A DNA stretch of 64,000 nt from Myxococcota bacterium (lineage in GTDB: Bacteria > Myxococcota_A > UBA9160 > JAFDDA01), in the NCBI GenBank assembly GCA_965228475.1, contig OZ245817.1, forward strand, positions 3,616,001 through 3,680,000, in the 5' to 3' direction. Made by a program: the position numbers and the translations under genes. Shown in pieces: positions 8,374 to 17,565 of the stretch. The first letter of the stretch is position 1; each line of letters opens with the position of its first letter. The notes beneath the pieces were generated by a model, which saw only the letters and a program-made list of their open reading frames with translations, was not told the origin of the DNA and did not search any database.

Positions 8374-9561
8374 GTGCCCGAGCCCCTCGAATTCAACCCT
8401 TACGATTGGGCCGTCCACGAGGACCCCTACCCGATCTACCGGCGGCTCCGGGACGAAGCGCCCTGCTACCGCAACGAGGCCCTCGGCTTCTACGCGCTCT
8501 CGCGCCACGCGGACGTCCTGGCCGCCTTCCAGGACAGCGAACGGCTGAGCTCCCGGGAGGGGGTCGCCCTCGAGAGCGTGGAGAACGCCGACCGGGTGAT
8601 GTCGTTCCTCGCGATGGACCCTCCGCGGCAGACGCGCCTGCGAGCGCTCGTCTCGCGCGGCTTCACGCCACGCCGCGTCGCGCAGCTCGAGGGCCCGATC
8701 CGGGAGCTCGCGCGGACCTACCTCGACCGCATGGCCGCGGCCGGGCCCCGGAGCGATTGGATCGCCGACTTCGCGGGCCGGCTCCCCATGGACGTCGTGA
8801 GCGAGATGCTCGGTGTCCCGCCCGAGGACCGGGACGAACTCCGGGGGTGGGCCGACGACGTCGTCCATCGCGAGGAAGGCGACTCGGCGGTCCCGCCGAC
8901 GGCGGCGGCGGCCTCGATCCGCCTCCTCCAGTACTTCGGCGAACACGTCGCGCGGCGCCGCGCGCGGCCCGGTGACGACCTGACGGACGCGCTCATCCGG
9001 GCGGAGATCGACGGCGATCGGCTCGAAGACCGCGACATCATCGCCTTCCTCTTCCTGATGATCATCGCGGGGAACGAGACCACGACGAAGCTGCTCGGCA
9101 ACGCCCTCGTCCACCTGGCGCGCCACCCGGGCGAGCGCGCGCGGGTCGTCGCGGATCCGGGATTGATCGCGGGCTGGGCGGAGGAGACGCTCCGCTTCGA
9201 CGCCTCCTCCCAGCTGATCGCACGCGTGGCCACGCGCGACGCCGAGTGGCACGGGGTCGTGATCCCCGCCGGCGCCAAGGTCGCGCTGTTGATCGGGGCG
9301 GCGAACCGCGACGAGCGCGCCTTCGAGGCGCCGGACCGCTACGACGTCGGGCGCGACTGCAAGGAGAGCATGGCCTTCGGCCGCGGCATCCACTTCTGCC
9401 TCGGCGCGGCGCTGGCCCGCCTCGAGGCGCGCGTCTCGCTCGAGGAGTTCATGGGGCGCTTCCCGGACTACGAGGTCAACGAGCCGGGCCTCGTGCGGAT
9501 CCACAGCGGGAACGTGCGCGGCTTCGCCGAGATCCCGCTCGTGCTCTCCCCGGGCGCGTAG
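8374..9561 (+). CDS. Cytochrome P450
   Basis: GTG 8374 after GGAGG; AMDPP, I-helix IIAGNETT, EETLR, heme motif FGRGIHFCLG. Confidence 0.95.
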   Translation: MPEPLEFNPYDWAVHEDPYPIYRRLRDEAPCYRNEALGFYALSRHADVLAAFQDSERLSSREGVALESVENADRVMSFLAMDPPRQTRLRALVSRGFTPRRVAQLEGPIRELARTYLDRMAAAGPRSDWIADFAGRLPMDVVSEMLGVPPEDRDELRGWADDVVHREEGDSAVPPTAAAASIRLLQYFGEHVARRRARPGDDLTDALIRAEIDGDRLEDRDIIAFLFLMIIAGNETTTKLLGNALVHLARHPGERARVVADPGLIAGWAEETLRFDASSQLIARVATRDAEWHGVVIPAGAKVALLIGAANRDERAFEAPDRYDVGRDCKESMAFGRGIHFCLGAALARLEARVSLEEFMGRFPDYEVNEPGLVRIHSGNVRGFAEIPLVLSPGA

Positions 9562-9572
9562 CGCGCCGGGAC

Positions 9573-10037
9573 CTACTCCGGAATCTGGAGCGCCTCGGGC
9601 AGGCCGCCGTCCATGAAGGCGGTCTCCTCGATGCGCTCGGCGATGCGCCAGCCGTCGTCGGTCCACACGAGCTTGTCGTTGTAGAACGCGCCGACCGTGA
9701 AGATGTGGATCGAGCCGTCCGGGTTGTTGAACGTCATCGGGTTGTGCACGTAGGTGCGGGCGGTCGCGCGGTCGCCGTCGATCTGGACGATCGAGTTCGC
9801 CAGGGCGTGGACCGTCACCGGGAACGGCGCGAGGGCCTGCTCGAGCCAGGCGCGGACCTTCGGGTAGTCGCCGGCCACGCCGCCGGCGCTCGTGTAGTCC
9901 ACGTGGGCATCGGGGGTGAAGCAGGTATCGAGCAGCGCCCAATCCTTGGTGTCGATCGCCGTCGTGTAGCGGATCAGCAGATCGTTGATCTGGATCCGGT
10001 CCGAGATCTCGCGGTTCGAAAGTTCGCGTGTGGCCAT
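9573..10037 (-). CDS. NTF2/SnoaL-like protein (BaiE/LinA dehydratase-like fold)
   Basis: ISDRIQINDLLIRYTTAIDTKDW..CFTPDA..GDRATARTY..YNDKLVWTDDGWRIAER; ATG 10037. Confidence 0.85.
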   Translation of the reverse strand: MATRELSNREISDRIQINDLLIRYTTAIDTKDWALLDTCFTPDAHVDYTSAGGVAGDYPKVRAWLEQALAPFPVTVHALANSIVQIDGDRATARTYVHNPMTFNNPDGSIHIFTVGAFYNDKLVWTDDGWRIAERIEETAFMDGGLPEALQIPE

Positions 10038-10051
10038 GACGTCTCCTTGTT

Positions 10052-11566
10052 TCAGATCTTGCGTTCGCGGCCCTGCCAATAAGGGTCGCGCAGTTTGCGG
10101 GTGTAGAGCTTGCCGGAATCGTGCCGGGGCAGCCTCTCCTCGAAGTCGATCGAACGCGGCACCTTGTACCGGGCGAGCCGCTCCCGGCCGAAACCGAGGA
10201 TCTCCTCCGCCAGGCCCTCCCCTGGCGCGTGGCCCGGGCGCAGCTCGACGGCGGCCTTCACGGACTCGCCCCATTCGTCGTCGGGTACCCCGAAGACCGC
10301 GACGTCCGCCACGGCCGGGTGCTCCTGGAGGACCTGCTCCACCTCGGCCGGGTAGATGTTCACGCCGCCCGAGATGATCATGTGCGACTTCCTGTCGGCG
10401 AGGTAGACCCAGCCCTCCGCGTCGACGGAGCCGACGTCGCCGATGGTGAACAGATGCGGTTCCGGGTGGGCCTCGGCGGTCTTCTCGGGCGCGCCGTGGT
10501 ACTCGAACACCTGCGCGATCCGCTCGTGGCGGCAGTAGAGAGCGCCGGTCTCGCCGGGAGGGAGCCGGTGGCCGGCGTCGTCGCGGGCGAACACGTCGAA
10601 GCCGGGCAGCACGCGGCCGACCGTCCCCGGGTGGTCCAGCCACTCCTCGGAGGTCGCGAGCGAGTTCACCCCGCCCTCGGTCGCCCCCCAGTACTCGAGC
10701 AGCACCGGCCCGAACCACTCGATCATCCGCTGCTTCACGGGGACCGAGACCGGGGCCGCGCCGTGCATGACGAGCCGGAGCTTCGGCGCCCGGAACGCCG
10801 CGCGCTCCGCCTCGGGCAGACGCAGCAGCCGGACGAACATGGTCGGCACCATGTGCGTGTGGACGATCTCGCGCTCCGTGAGCGTGCGCAGCGCCGTCCG
10901 CTCGTCCCAGCGCCGGAGGATCACGATCGGTGCGCCGTTCGCCTGGTCGTAGAGGGCGAAGAGCAGCGGCGCGGCGTGATACATGGGCCCGGTGATGAGA
11001 TGCGGGCCGCTCCCGTCGAGGCCGTAGGCGCGACCCATCTCGCACTGGTACGCGAGCGCTTCGCCGAGGGTCGGTTTGCGCGCACGCTTCACGCCCTTGG
11101 GGCGTCCCGTCGTTCCGCTCGTGTAGATCATCGTGCCGCCGGGCGGGCCGGCGAGGTCGATGGGCTCGCTCGAGGCTGCGTCGAGCGCCGCCTCGTACGC
11201 GTCGCCAACCGTCACCACGCGCGGCGCCCCCGCGGCGCGGACGGTCTCCGCGTGGGCCTCGTCCGCGAAGACGACCTTCGCTCCCGAGTCTTCGACGATG
11301 TAGGCGATCTCGTCCTTCGCGAGGTGCCAGTTGATCGGCGTCAGCCAGACGCCGGCCAGGATCGCGCCGACGACGATCTCGACGTACTCGCTGCGATTCT
11401 CCATCAGGACCGCGGCGTGCTGCCCCGGCGCGAGGCCCGCCTCGTCGCGCAGGAAGTGTGCGACGCGCGTGCTGCGCTCGACGAGCTCGGCGAAGGTCCG
11501 CTGCGTCTCGCCATCGTCCACGGCCACGACGTCCGGCCGCGCTCTCGCCTGATCGAGGAGCGTCAC
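10052..11566 (-). CDS. Acyl-CoA synthetase (AMP-forming)
   Basis: IYTSGTTGRPKG, YWGATE, FTIGDVG, IISGGVNIYPAEVE, SGKL. Confidence 0.95.
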   Translation of the reverse strand: MTLLDQARARPDVVAVDDGETQRTFAELVERSTRVAHFLRDEAGLAPGQHAAVLMENRSEYVEIVVGAILAGVWLTPINWHLAKDEIAYIVEDSGAKVVFADEAHAETVRAAGAPRVVTVGDAYEAALDAASSEPIDLAGPPGGTMIYTSGTTGRPKGVKRARKPTLGEALAYQCEMGRAYGLDGSGPHLITGPMYHAAPLLFALYDQANGAPIVILRRWDERTALRTLTEREIVHTHMVPTMFVRLLRLPEAERAAFRAPKLRLVMHGAAPVSVPVKQRMIEWFGPVLLEYWGATEGGVNSLATSEEWLDHPGTVGRVLPGFDVFARDDAGHRLPPGETGALYCRHERIAQVFEYHGAPEKTAEAHPEPHLFTIGDVGSVDAEGWVYLADRKSHMIISGGVNIYPAEVEQVLQEHPAVADVAVFGVPDDEWGESVKAAVELRPGHAPGEGLAEEILGFGRERLARYKVPRSIDFEERLPRHDSGKLYTRKLRDPYWQGRERKI

Positions 11567-13014
11567 GGGAGCCGCGCCTCGCGCAGCGCGGAGCGCCGGA
11601 CCTTGCCCGCGTCGTCGCGCAGGGGCGTATCCACGAACTCGAAGGTCCGGGGCTGCTTGAAGCGGACGAGGCGCTCGGCGAGGTGTTCGCGCAGCGCGTC
11701 CTCTCCGAGCGAAGCGCCCGCGGTGTCGACGATGGCATGGATGCGTTGGCCCAGGTCTTCGTCCGGCAGCCCGACGACGGCGCTGCTGCGGACGTCCGGA
11801 TGCTCGTCGAGCACGGCTTCGACCTCGGCCGGGAAGACGTTGGCGCCGCCCGTCACGATCATGTCGGTCTTGCGGTCGACGAGGTAGAGGTAGCCGTCTT
11901 CGTCGAAGTACCCCATGTCGCCGAGGGTTTCCCAGCCGCCGGCATCCGCGCGCGCCTCGGCCCCGATGTAGAAGTAGGTCGAGCCCTGCCCGCCCTCGGG
12001 CATCATGAAGAGCTCACCGGTCTCGCGCGGCGCGCAGACGGAACCGTCCGGCCGCCGCACCTCGATCTTCCGCCCGGGCGGCGGCTTCCCGACCGAGCCG
12101 GGGTGCTCGAGCCACTCGGTCCCGGAGATCATGCACCCGGCGATGCGCTCGCTCCCACCGTAGGCCTCCCAGATCTTCTCGGGTCCGAGCCAGCCGATCC
12201 ACGCGCGCTTCAACCAGTCCGGACTCGGCGCACCGGTGCACATCACGCGCTCGAGGGAGGAGACGTCGTAGCGCGAGCGAACGTCCTCCGGCAGGCGCCA
12301 GATCCGCTGCATCATCGTCGGCACGAAGAGCGCCCAGTCCACCCGGAGGCGCTCGACCCAAGACAGGCACTCCTCGGCGTCGAAGCGCGAGACGAGCACC
12401 GCGCGTCCGCCGCACAGGATCTGCTGCCACGAGGTGATGAAAGGGCCGGCGTGGTAGAGGGGCCCGGGCGCGAGGGTCGTGCCGTCGGCGCGCATGGCGT
12501 TGGGAACCGCCTCCGGGTCGCACAGCGCGGGGGTCTTCTCGACGATCAGCTTCGGACGGCCCGTGCTTCCGCCCGAGGTCATCGCGCGCACGTAGGGAGC
12601 GACCCGGTCGGGCAGCGGCGCGTCGCCGTCTTCCGCACCGGGCTCGAAGCCCGGCGGCACGCAGGGGTGCGCGCCGTAGGACCCGGCTTCGGCCCCGACG
12701 AGCAGCGCCGGCTCGGCGAGGTCGACGATCGCGCGCCGCTCGGCCTCCGGCAGCCGCGCGGAGACCGGATTCGGCGTGGCGCCGAGCTTCCAGGCCGCGA
12801 GACACGCCTCCATGAACTCGATCCCGTTCGGGAGCGCCACGGTGACGAGGTCGCCTTCCCCGACGCCGAGCCGCGCGTAGGCTCGCGCCAGGCGGTTGGT
12901 TCGACGCTCGAGGGCCCCATGGCTGACGTGCCGGCCCTCGAAGACGATGGCGTCGGCGTCCGGGGCGCGTTCGGCGTGCCAGGCGACGGCGCGCCCGTGG
13001 GAGAGTTGGGGCAT
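11563..13014 (-). CDS. Acyl-CoA synthetase (bile acid-CoA ligase-like)
   Basis: TSGGSTGRPK, EAYGGSE, TLGDMG, GGANVFPAEVE, RDDAGKVRR; ATG 13014. Confidence 0.92.
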   Translation of the reverse strand: MPQLSHGRAVAWHAERAPDADAIVFEGRHVSHGALERRTNRLARAYARLGVGEGDLVTVALPNGIEFMEACLAAWKLGATPNPVSARLPEAERRAIVDLAEPALLVGAEAGSYGAHPCVPPGFEPGAEDGDAPLPDRVAPYVRAMTSGGSTGRPKLIVEKTPALCDPEAVPNAMRADGTTLAPGPLYHAGPFITSWQQILCGGRAVLVSRFDAEECLSWVERLRVDWALFVPTMMQRIWRLPEDVRSRYDVSSLERVMCTGAPSPDWLKRAWIGWLGPEKIWEAYGGSERIAGCMISGTEWLEHPGSVGKPPPGRKIEVRRPDGSVCAPRETGELFMMPEGGQGSTYFYIGAEARADAGGWETLGDMGYFDEDGYLYLVDRKTDMIVTGGANVFPAEVEAVLDEHPDVRSSAVVGLPDEDLGQRIHAIVDTAGASLGEDALREHLAERLVRFKQPRTFEFVDTPLRDDAGKVRRSALREARLP

Positions 13015-13034
13015 GGGTTCCGGGGCGTTGGAAT

Positions 13035-13057
13035 TTACGAGACGCAGCGTATAGTAA
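13035..13057. promoter_or_regulatory. Imperfect palindrome, candidate operator in divergent promoter region
   Basis: TTACGAGACGC-A-GCGTATAGTAA (9/11 arm match) containing a minus-strand TACTAT -10-like hexamer. Confidence 0.55.
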
Positions 13058-13156
13058 TTGACCGCGTCCCGGCAAGCGGCGATCCGAGCCCCCGGGGCCC
13101 TTCCGGCTGCCGAACCCGGAGCCGGCGCGCGAGGGCTTGAGCTAGCCTGCCGCCCC

Positions 13157-14164
13157 ATGGCAAGCGTCCTCGACAACTGGTCCGAAGTCCTCCGCACCCA
13201 GAACCTCTCCGACGAGAAGGAGATGGACTTCGTCTCCCGCTGGCTGCTGATCATCCGCGCGAGCGTCTTCCCGATGACGCTGACGTCCGCGGCGATCGGC
13301 GGACTCCTCGCCTGGTCGGACCCGGCCGTCACGAGCGCGAGCACGACGAACTTCCTGCTCGCGACCCTCGGGCTCGTGCTGGCTCACGCCGCCAACAACA
13401 TGATCAACGACTACTTCGACACCGAAGGCGGCGTCGACACGCAGGGCTACGTGCGCACCGAGTACGCGCCGCACCCGATCTTCTCCGGGCTGATCTCGAA
13501 GGGCGGCCTCGTCGCCGCCATCGTCGCCGTGAACCTCGTCGACCTCGCCATCCTCGTGTACTTCGTGCGCGAGCTCGGCATGGGCGTCGCGTACTTCGCG
13601 CTGGCGGGCTTCTTCGTCTCGGTCTTCTACGTGGCCCCGCCCTTCAAGCTGAAGCACCGCGGTCTCGGCGAGCCGGGCGTCGCGATCGTCTGGGGCCCGC
13701 TCATGGTCGGCGGCACCTACTACGTGACGGCGGGCTCCTTCGCGCCCTGGGTGCTCATCGCGAGCATCCCCTACGCCCTGCTCGTGACGACCGTCCTGAT
13801 CGGGAAGCACTGCGACAAGTACGACGCGGACTCCGCCAAGGGCATCCGCACCCTGCCGGTGATCCTCGGCAAGGAGCGGTCGCTCTTCCTGAACCAGTTC
13901 CTGATGTGGACCTTCATGGTCGTGGTGACCTGCCTCGTGGTGCTCGGCCACCTGCCGGTCTTCACCCTGGCGGTCTGGATCGCGACGCCGCGCATGCTCG
14001 CGGTCTCGAAGATCTTCGACGAACCCCGCCCGAGCGAGAAGCCCGCGAACTTCCCGATCTGGCCGCTCTGGTACGTCGCCTGGGCCTTCGTCTTCACGCG
14101 CTTCGCCGGCGGCCTGTTCATCGCGGGCCTGCTGCTCGGCGCGTTCTTCCCGGTGTACCTCTAG
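13157..14164 (+). CDS. menA: UbiA-family prenyltransferase, MenA-like
   Basis: HAANNMINDYFD, FYVAPPFKLKHRGLGE, DSAKGIRTLPVILG, multiple TM helices; second Asp-rich motif is atypical (KHCDKYDAD). Confidence 0.75.
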   Translation: MASVLDNWSEVLRTQNLSDEKEMDFVSRWLLIIRASVFPMTLTSAAIGGLLAWSDPAVTSASTTNFLLATLGLVLAHAANNMINDYFDTEGGVDTQGYVRTEYAPHPIFSGLISKGGLVAAIVAVNLVDLAILVYFVRELGMGVAYFALAGFFVSVFYVAPPFKLKHRGLGEPGVAIVWGPLMVGGTYYVTAGSFAPWVLIASIPYALLVTTVLIGKHCDKYDADSAKGIRTLPVILGKERSLFLNQFLMWTFMVVVTCLVVLGHLPVFTLAVWIATPRMLAVSKIFDEPRPSEKPANFPIWPLWYVAWAFVFTRFAGGLFIAGLLLGAFFPVYL

Positions 14165-14190
14165 GCGCGCGACGGTCCAGGCGCGCCTAG
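14161..14190. terminator. Perfect 10-bp inverted repeat spanning both stop codons of convergent genes
   Basis: CTAGGCGCGC-N10-GCGCGCCTAG; no U-tract. Confidence 0.45.
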
Positions 14191-15848
14191 GCGCGCAGCT
14201 GGGAGGCGCCGAGGATCTCGCCGACCGCCTCCCGGAGGTCCGCCATCTGCACGGGCTTCATGAGGAAGCCCGTGTTCGGCTCCGAGAATCGCCCCCTCGC
14301 GTCGTAGGGGTCGTGCCCGCTGCAGACGAGGACGGGGAGCCCGGGGCGGAGCCGGCGCAGCGCTTCCAGGCACTGCCAGCCGTCCATGCCCGGCATGCGC
14401 AGATCGAGCAGGACCGCGTCGATCGAATCGCCGGACTCGCGGAAGGTCTCGAGGGCGCTCGGGCCGTCCTCGGCCTCGATCGTCGCGTAGCCGAGCAGGC
14501 CGAGCATGCGCGCGAGGACGCTCCGCACGGCGCGCTCGTCGTCGACCACGAGCACGCACGCCGGGTCCCCGCTCGCCGCAGCGGGCTCGCCGGGCGGAAT
14601 CGGCACGCGCCTCGGCGCCGCGACCATCGGAAGCTCGACCACGACGCGGGCGCCCTTTCCCTCCCGCTCCTCGACGGTGACGGTCCCCTCGATCTCCCGG
14701 ACGAGGACGCGGGCCTCGGCGAGCCCGAGTTCGCGCGCTTCGCCCTGCAGGGTGAAGAAGGAATCGAGGGCTCGGCCGGAGGCCTCGGCACACGAAATGC
14801 CTTCCTCGGCCACGACGATCCGGACCCGCGATGCCGGCGCGTCGGGCTCGAGCGAGACCTTCACCCGGTTCTCCCCCTCTCGCGCCTCGCTCGCGTTCAA
14901 CACCAGGTTCACCAGCGCCTGCTGGAGCTTCCCGCGCTGGGCACGGACCAGGAGGCCGGCTGCGGGGCGCCCTCGCTCGAGGGACGTCTCTTCGGGAACC
15001 ACCGCCTCGAGCATCCCGAACAGCGCGTCGAGCTCCTCTTGTAGGTCGAAGACCGACTCGGGCTCGTGCCCCCGCCCGGCGAAGGCGAGCAGCCTGCGCG
15101 AGAGCAGGGTCGCCCGGTCCGCTCCGCGCAGGACGCCTTCGATCGCGCCCCGCGAGGGATGGCCTTCGGGGAGGTTCATCGAAGCGAGTTCCGCGTCGCC
15201 CATCACCCCGGTGAGCAGGTTGTTGAAGTCGTGGGCCACGCCCCCGGCCACGCGATGGAGCCCCTCGAGCGCTTGAGCCCTCCGGCGCACCTCGGCCGCG
15301 TGCCGCGCCTGCTGGTGGGAGTAGTAGATCACCGAGGGATAGAGGACGAGCATGCAGAGGATCGGGAGCTCGTAGTCCGGAACGTCGTGGAACCACGCGG
15401 CGAACGACATGCCGAGGGTCAGCAGGGTCGCCATCAGTGCGTAGAGCTGGGTGCTCGAGCGGCTCTCCGCGACGCTCGGCGCCTGCACGACGATCAACCC
15501 GATCACGAGCGCCGGGAACCAGAGCTGCGGAACGAAGTGGACCAACGTGACGAGGATCGTGAGGTCGAAGAGCGGCTGGACCCAGGCGTTTTCCTGCATG
15601 GGGACCCGCCGCTCGATCCAACTGGCCGCCGGAACGCAGACGAAGACCAGAAACGCCGCGAGGGGATAGCGGTTGGGCCCGGCGCCAGGGAAGAGGCAGA
15701 GGACGAGCGCGATGCTGACGGCCCCGACGTTCCGGAAGAAGAAGACCGCCTTGGGATGATCCCAGACGGCTCGGACCCTTCTTGCAAGGCTGCGAAGCCC
15801 CGGAAGAACGCGCATGGCCCCTCCAGCATACGCCTCGGGCTCGCGCAT
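14187..15848 (-). CDS. Membrane hybrid sensor histidine kinase/receiver with degenerate ATP-binding domain
   Basis: About 6 TM helices; H-box VAHDFNNLL; N-box NLVLNA; receiver VVDDE, LLDLRMPGMDG, KP. Alternative ATG at 15815. Confidence 0.88.
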   Translation of the reverse strand: MREPEAYAGGAMRVLPGLRSLARRVRAVWDHPKAVFFFRNVGAVSIALVLCLFPGAGPNRYPLAAFLVFVCVPAASWIERRVPMQENAWVQPLFDLTILVTLVHFVPQLWFPALVIGLIVVQAPSVAESRSSTQLYALMATLLTLGMSFAAWFHDVPDYELPILCMLVLYPSVIYYSHQQARHAAEVRRRAQALEGLHRVAGGVAHDFNNLLTGVMGDAELASMNLPEGHPSRGAIEGVLRGADRATLLSRRLLAFAGRGHEPESVFDLQEELDALFGMLEAVVPEETSLERGRPAAGLLVRAQRGKLQQALVNLVLNASEAREGENRVKVSLEPDAPASRVRIVVAEEGISCAEASGRALDSFFTLQGEARELGLAEARVLVREIEGTVTVEEREGKGARVVVELPMVAAPRRVPIPPGEPAAASGDPACVLVVDDERAVRSVLARMLGLLGYATIEAEDGPSALETFRESGDSIDAVLLDLRMPGMDGWQCLEALRRLRPGLPVLVCSGHDPYDARGRFSEPNTGFLMKPVQMADLREAVGEILGASQLRA

Positions 15849-15858
15849 CGGGTCGTTT

Positions 15859-17565
15859 CTACTCGTCGATGAAATCGTTCTCGCCCTCCCCTGCCAGGAC
15901 GTGCTTCAGGACCTTGCCGGCCGCGTTCCGCGGCAGCGCCTCCTCGCGAATCTCCCAGTGGCTCGGGACCTTGAAGTAGGCAAGTGCCTCCCCGACGTGT
16001 CGGCCCAGATCCTCGGTCTTCGGCTTCCCGCCGGCCCGGGGGACGACGAAGGCCTTCACCTCCTGACCGAGCTCCGGGTGGGGCACGCCCACGACCGCGG
16101 CCTCGGCGACCTCCGGATGCTCCTCCAGGCGATGCTCGATCTCGGCCGGATAGACGTTCTCGGCGCCGCGCAGGATCAGGTCCCGCCGTCGGGAGTTCAC
16201 GTAAAGATAACCGTGCTCGTCGAGACGTCCCCAGTCGCCGGTTCGAAGCCACCGACCCGCGCCGATGCTCTCCTGCGTCGCCTCCGGCTTGCCGTGGTAC
16301 TCGCGCATGACGAGGGGGCCCGAGAGATGGATCTCGCCCTCCTCTCCGGGCCCGAGGACACGGCCATCGTCCGGGTCGCGGATCTCGCAGCCGAGGGTCG
16401 GCAGCATGCGGCCGACCGAATCGGGCCGGGCCTCGAGCTCCGCACCGAAGTGGATCGTCGCGAGCCCGGTGTTCTCGGTGAGCCCGTAGCCGAGCCCCAT
16501 CTGACGACGCGCGTTCGGAAAGAAGGAGCGAAGCCGGTCGAGGACGTCCTGCGAGATCGGCGCACCGCCCGAGCCGCACTGCGTGACGCTCGAGAGGTCG
16601 TACTTCCCGGCGTCGGGATGGTCCATGCAGCGGTGCAGCATGTTCCCGAGCGGCCCCCAGCTCGTGACCCGTTCGCGCTCGATCGTCGCCATCGTGTGCT
16701 GCGGGTCGAAGCGCCCCTTCATCCAGACCGTCTTGACCCCGCCGGCGAGGAGCGTCACGGCGCCGGCGTAGAGGCCCGACACGTGGAAGAGCGGCGTCGA
16801 GACGAGCATCACGCGCGGCGGCGGAGGCGGAGCGTCGGGCGGGGGCGGGCCTTGGATCTTCATGAGGCGAAGCCCGTGCCAGACCTGGAGGCGATTGACG
16901 GCGACGATGTTGCGGTGGGTGTTGACGGCGCCCTTGGGGCGCCCGGTCGTTCCGCTCGTGTAGAGGATGCAGGCCGGATCGTCTTCGTCGACGGGGACGT
17001 CCGGGAGGCCCGCCGAGGGGTCGAAGGCCTCGAGCTTCGCGAAGTCGTGCTCGATCACGACGACGGGGATCTTCACGTCGTCCGCGCGCAGGCGGGCCAG
17101 CCGCTTCTCGTCGCCGACGAGGACCTTTGCCCCCGAGTCCTCGAGCCCGTAGAGGATCTCGTCGCGCACCCACCAGCCGTTCATCCCGACCGCGACCGCG
17201 CCCAGGCTGACCGTCGCCCACCAGGTGATGATCCACTCCGGGCAGTTCGCGGCAAGGATCGCGACGCGATCGCCGGGCCCGACGCCGTACTGCGTCGCCA
17301 GCGCGCGGGCCACGGAGCACACCCGGCGGTGGTGTTCCGCGAAGGTGATGCGGCGGTCTTCGTAGACGATGAACTCGGCGTCCCCGAAGGCGCGGGAGCC
17401 CTCCACCAGGGCGCGCAAGGAAGGCAAGCGATCCCGGAAGACCGGCGTCGGCACGCCGAAGACGTTCTCGTGGGTGACGTCGAAGGGTCCGCCCGGGGCG
17501 AGCAGCTCGCGCTCCGCCGCCGCGTGGGCCTCGATGTCGCTCGCCTGGAACGCCGCCGCACTCAC
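15859..17565 (-). CDS. Long-chain acyl-CoA ligase (class I adenylate-forming)
   Basis: ILYTSGTTGRPKG, GYGLTE, WLRTGD, RGAENVYPAEIE, NAAGKV; GTG 17565 overlaps the upstream TGA. Confidence 0.93.
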   Translation of the reverse strand: MSAAAFQASDIEAHAAAERELLAPGGPFDVTHENVFGVPTPVFRDRLPSLRALVEGSRAFGDAEFIVYEDRRITFAEHHRRVCSVARALATQYGVGPGDRVAILAANCPEWIITWWATVSLGAVAVGMNGWWVRDEILYGLEDSGAKVLVGDEKRLARLRADDVKIPVVVIEHDFAKLEAFDPSAGLPDVPVDEDDPACILYTSGTTGRPKGAVNTHRNIVAVNRLQVWHGLRLMKIQGPPPPDAPPPPPRVMLVSTPLFHVSGLYAGAVTLLAGGVKTVWMKGRFDPQHTMATIERERVTSWGPLGNMLHRCMDHPDAGKYDLSSVTQCGSGGAPISQDVLDRLRSFFPNARRQMGLGYGLTENTGLATIHFGAELEARPDSVGRMLPTLGCEIRDPDDGRVLGPGEEGEIHLSGPLVMREYHGKPEATQESIGAGRWLRTGDWGRLDEHGYLYVNSRRRDLILRGAENVYPAEIEHRLEEHPEVAEAAVVGVPHPELGQEVKAFVVPRAGGKPKTEDLGRHVGEALAYFKVPSHWEIREEALPRNAAGKVLKHVLAGEGENDFIDE

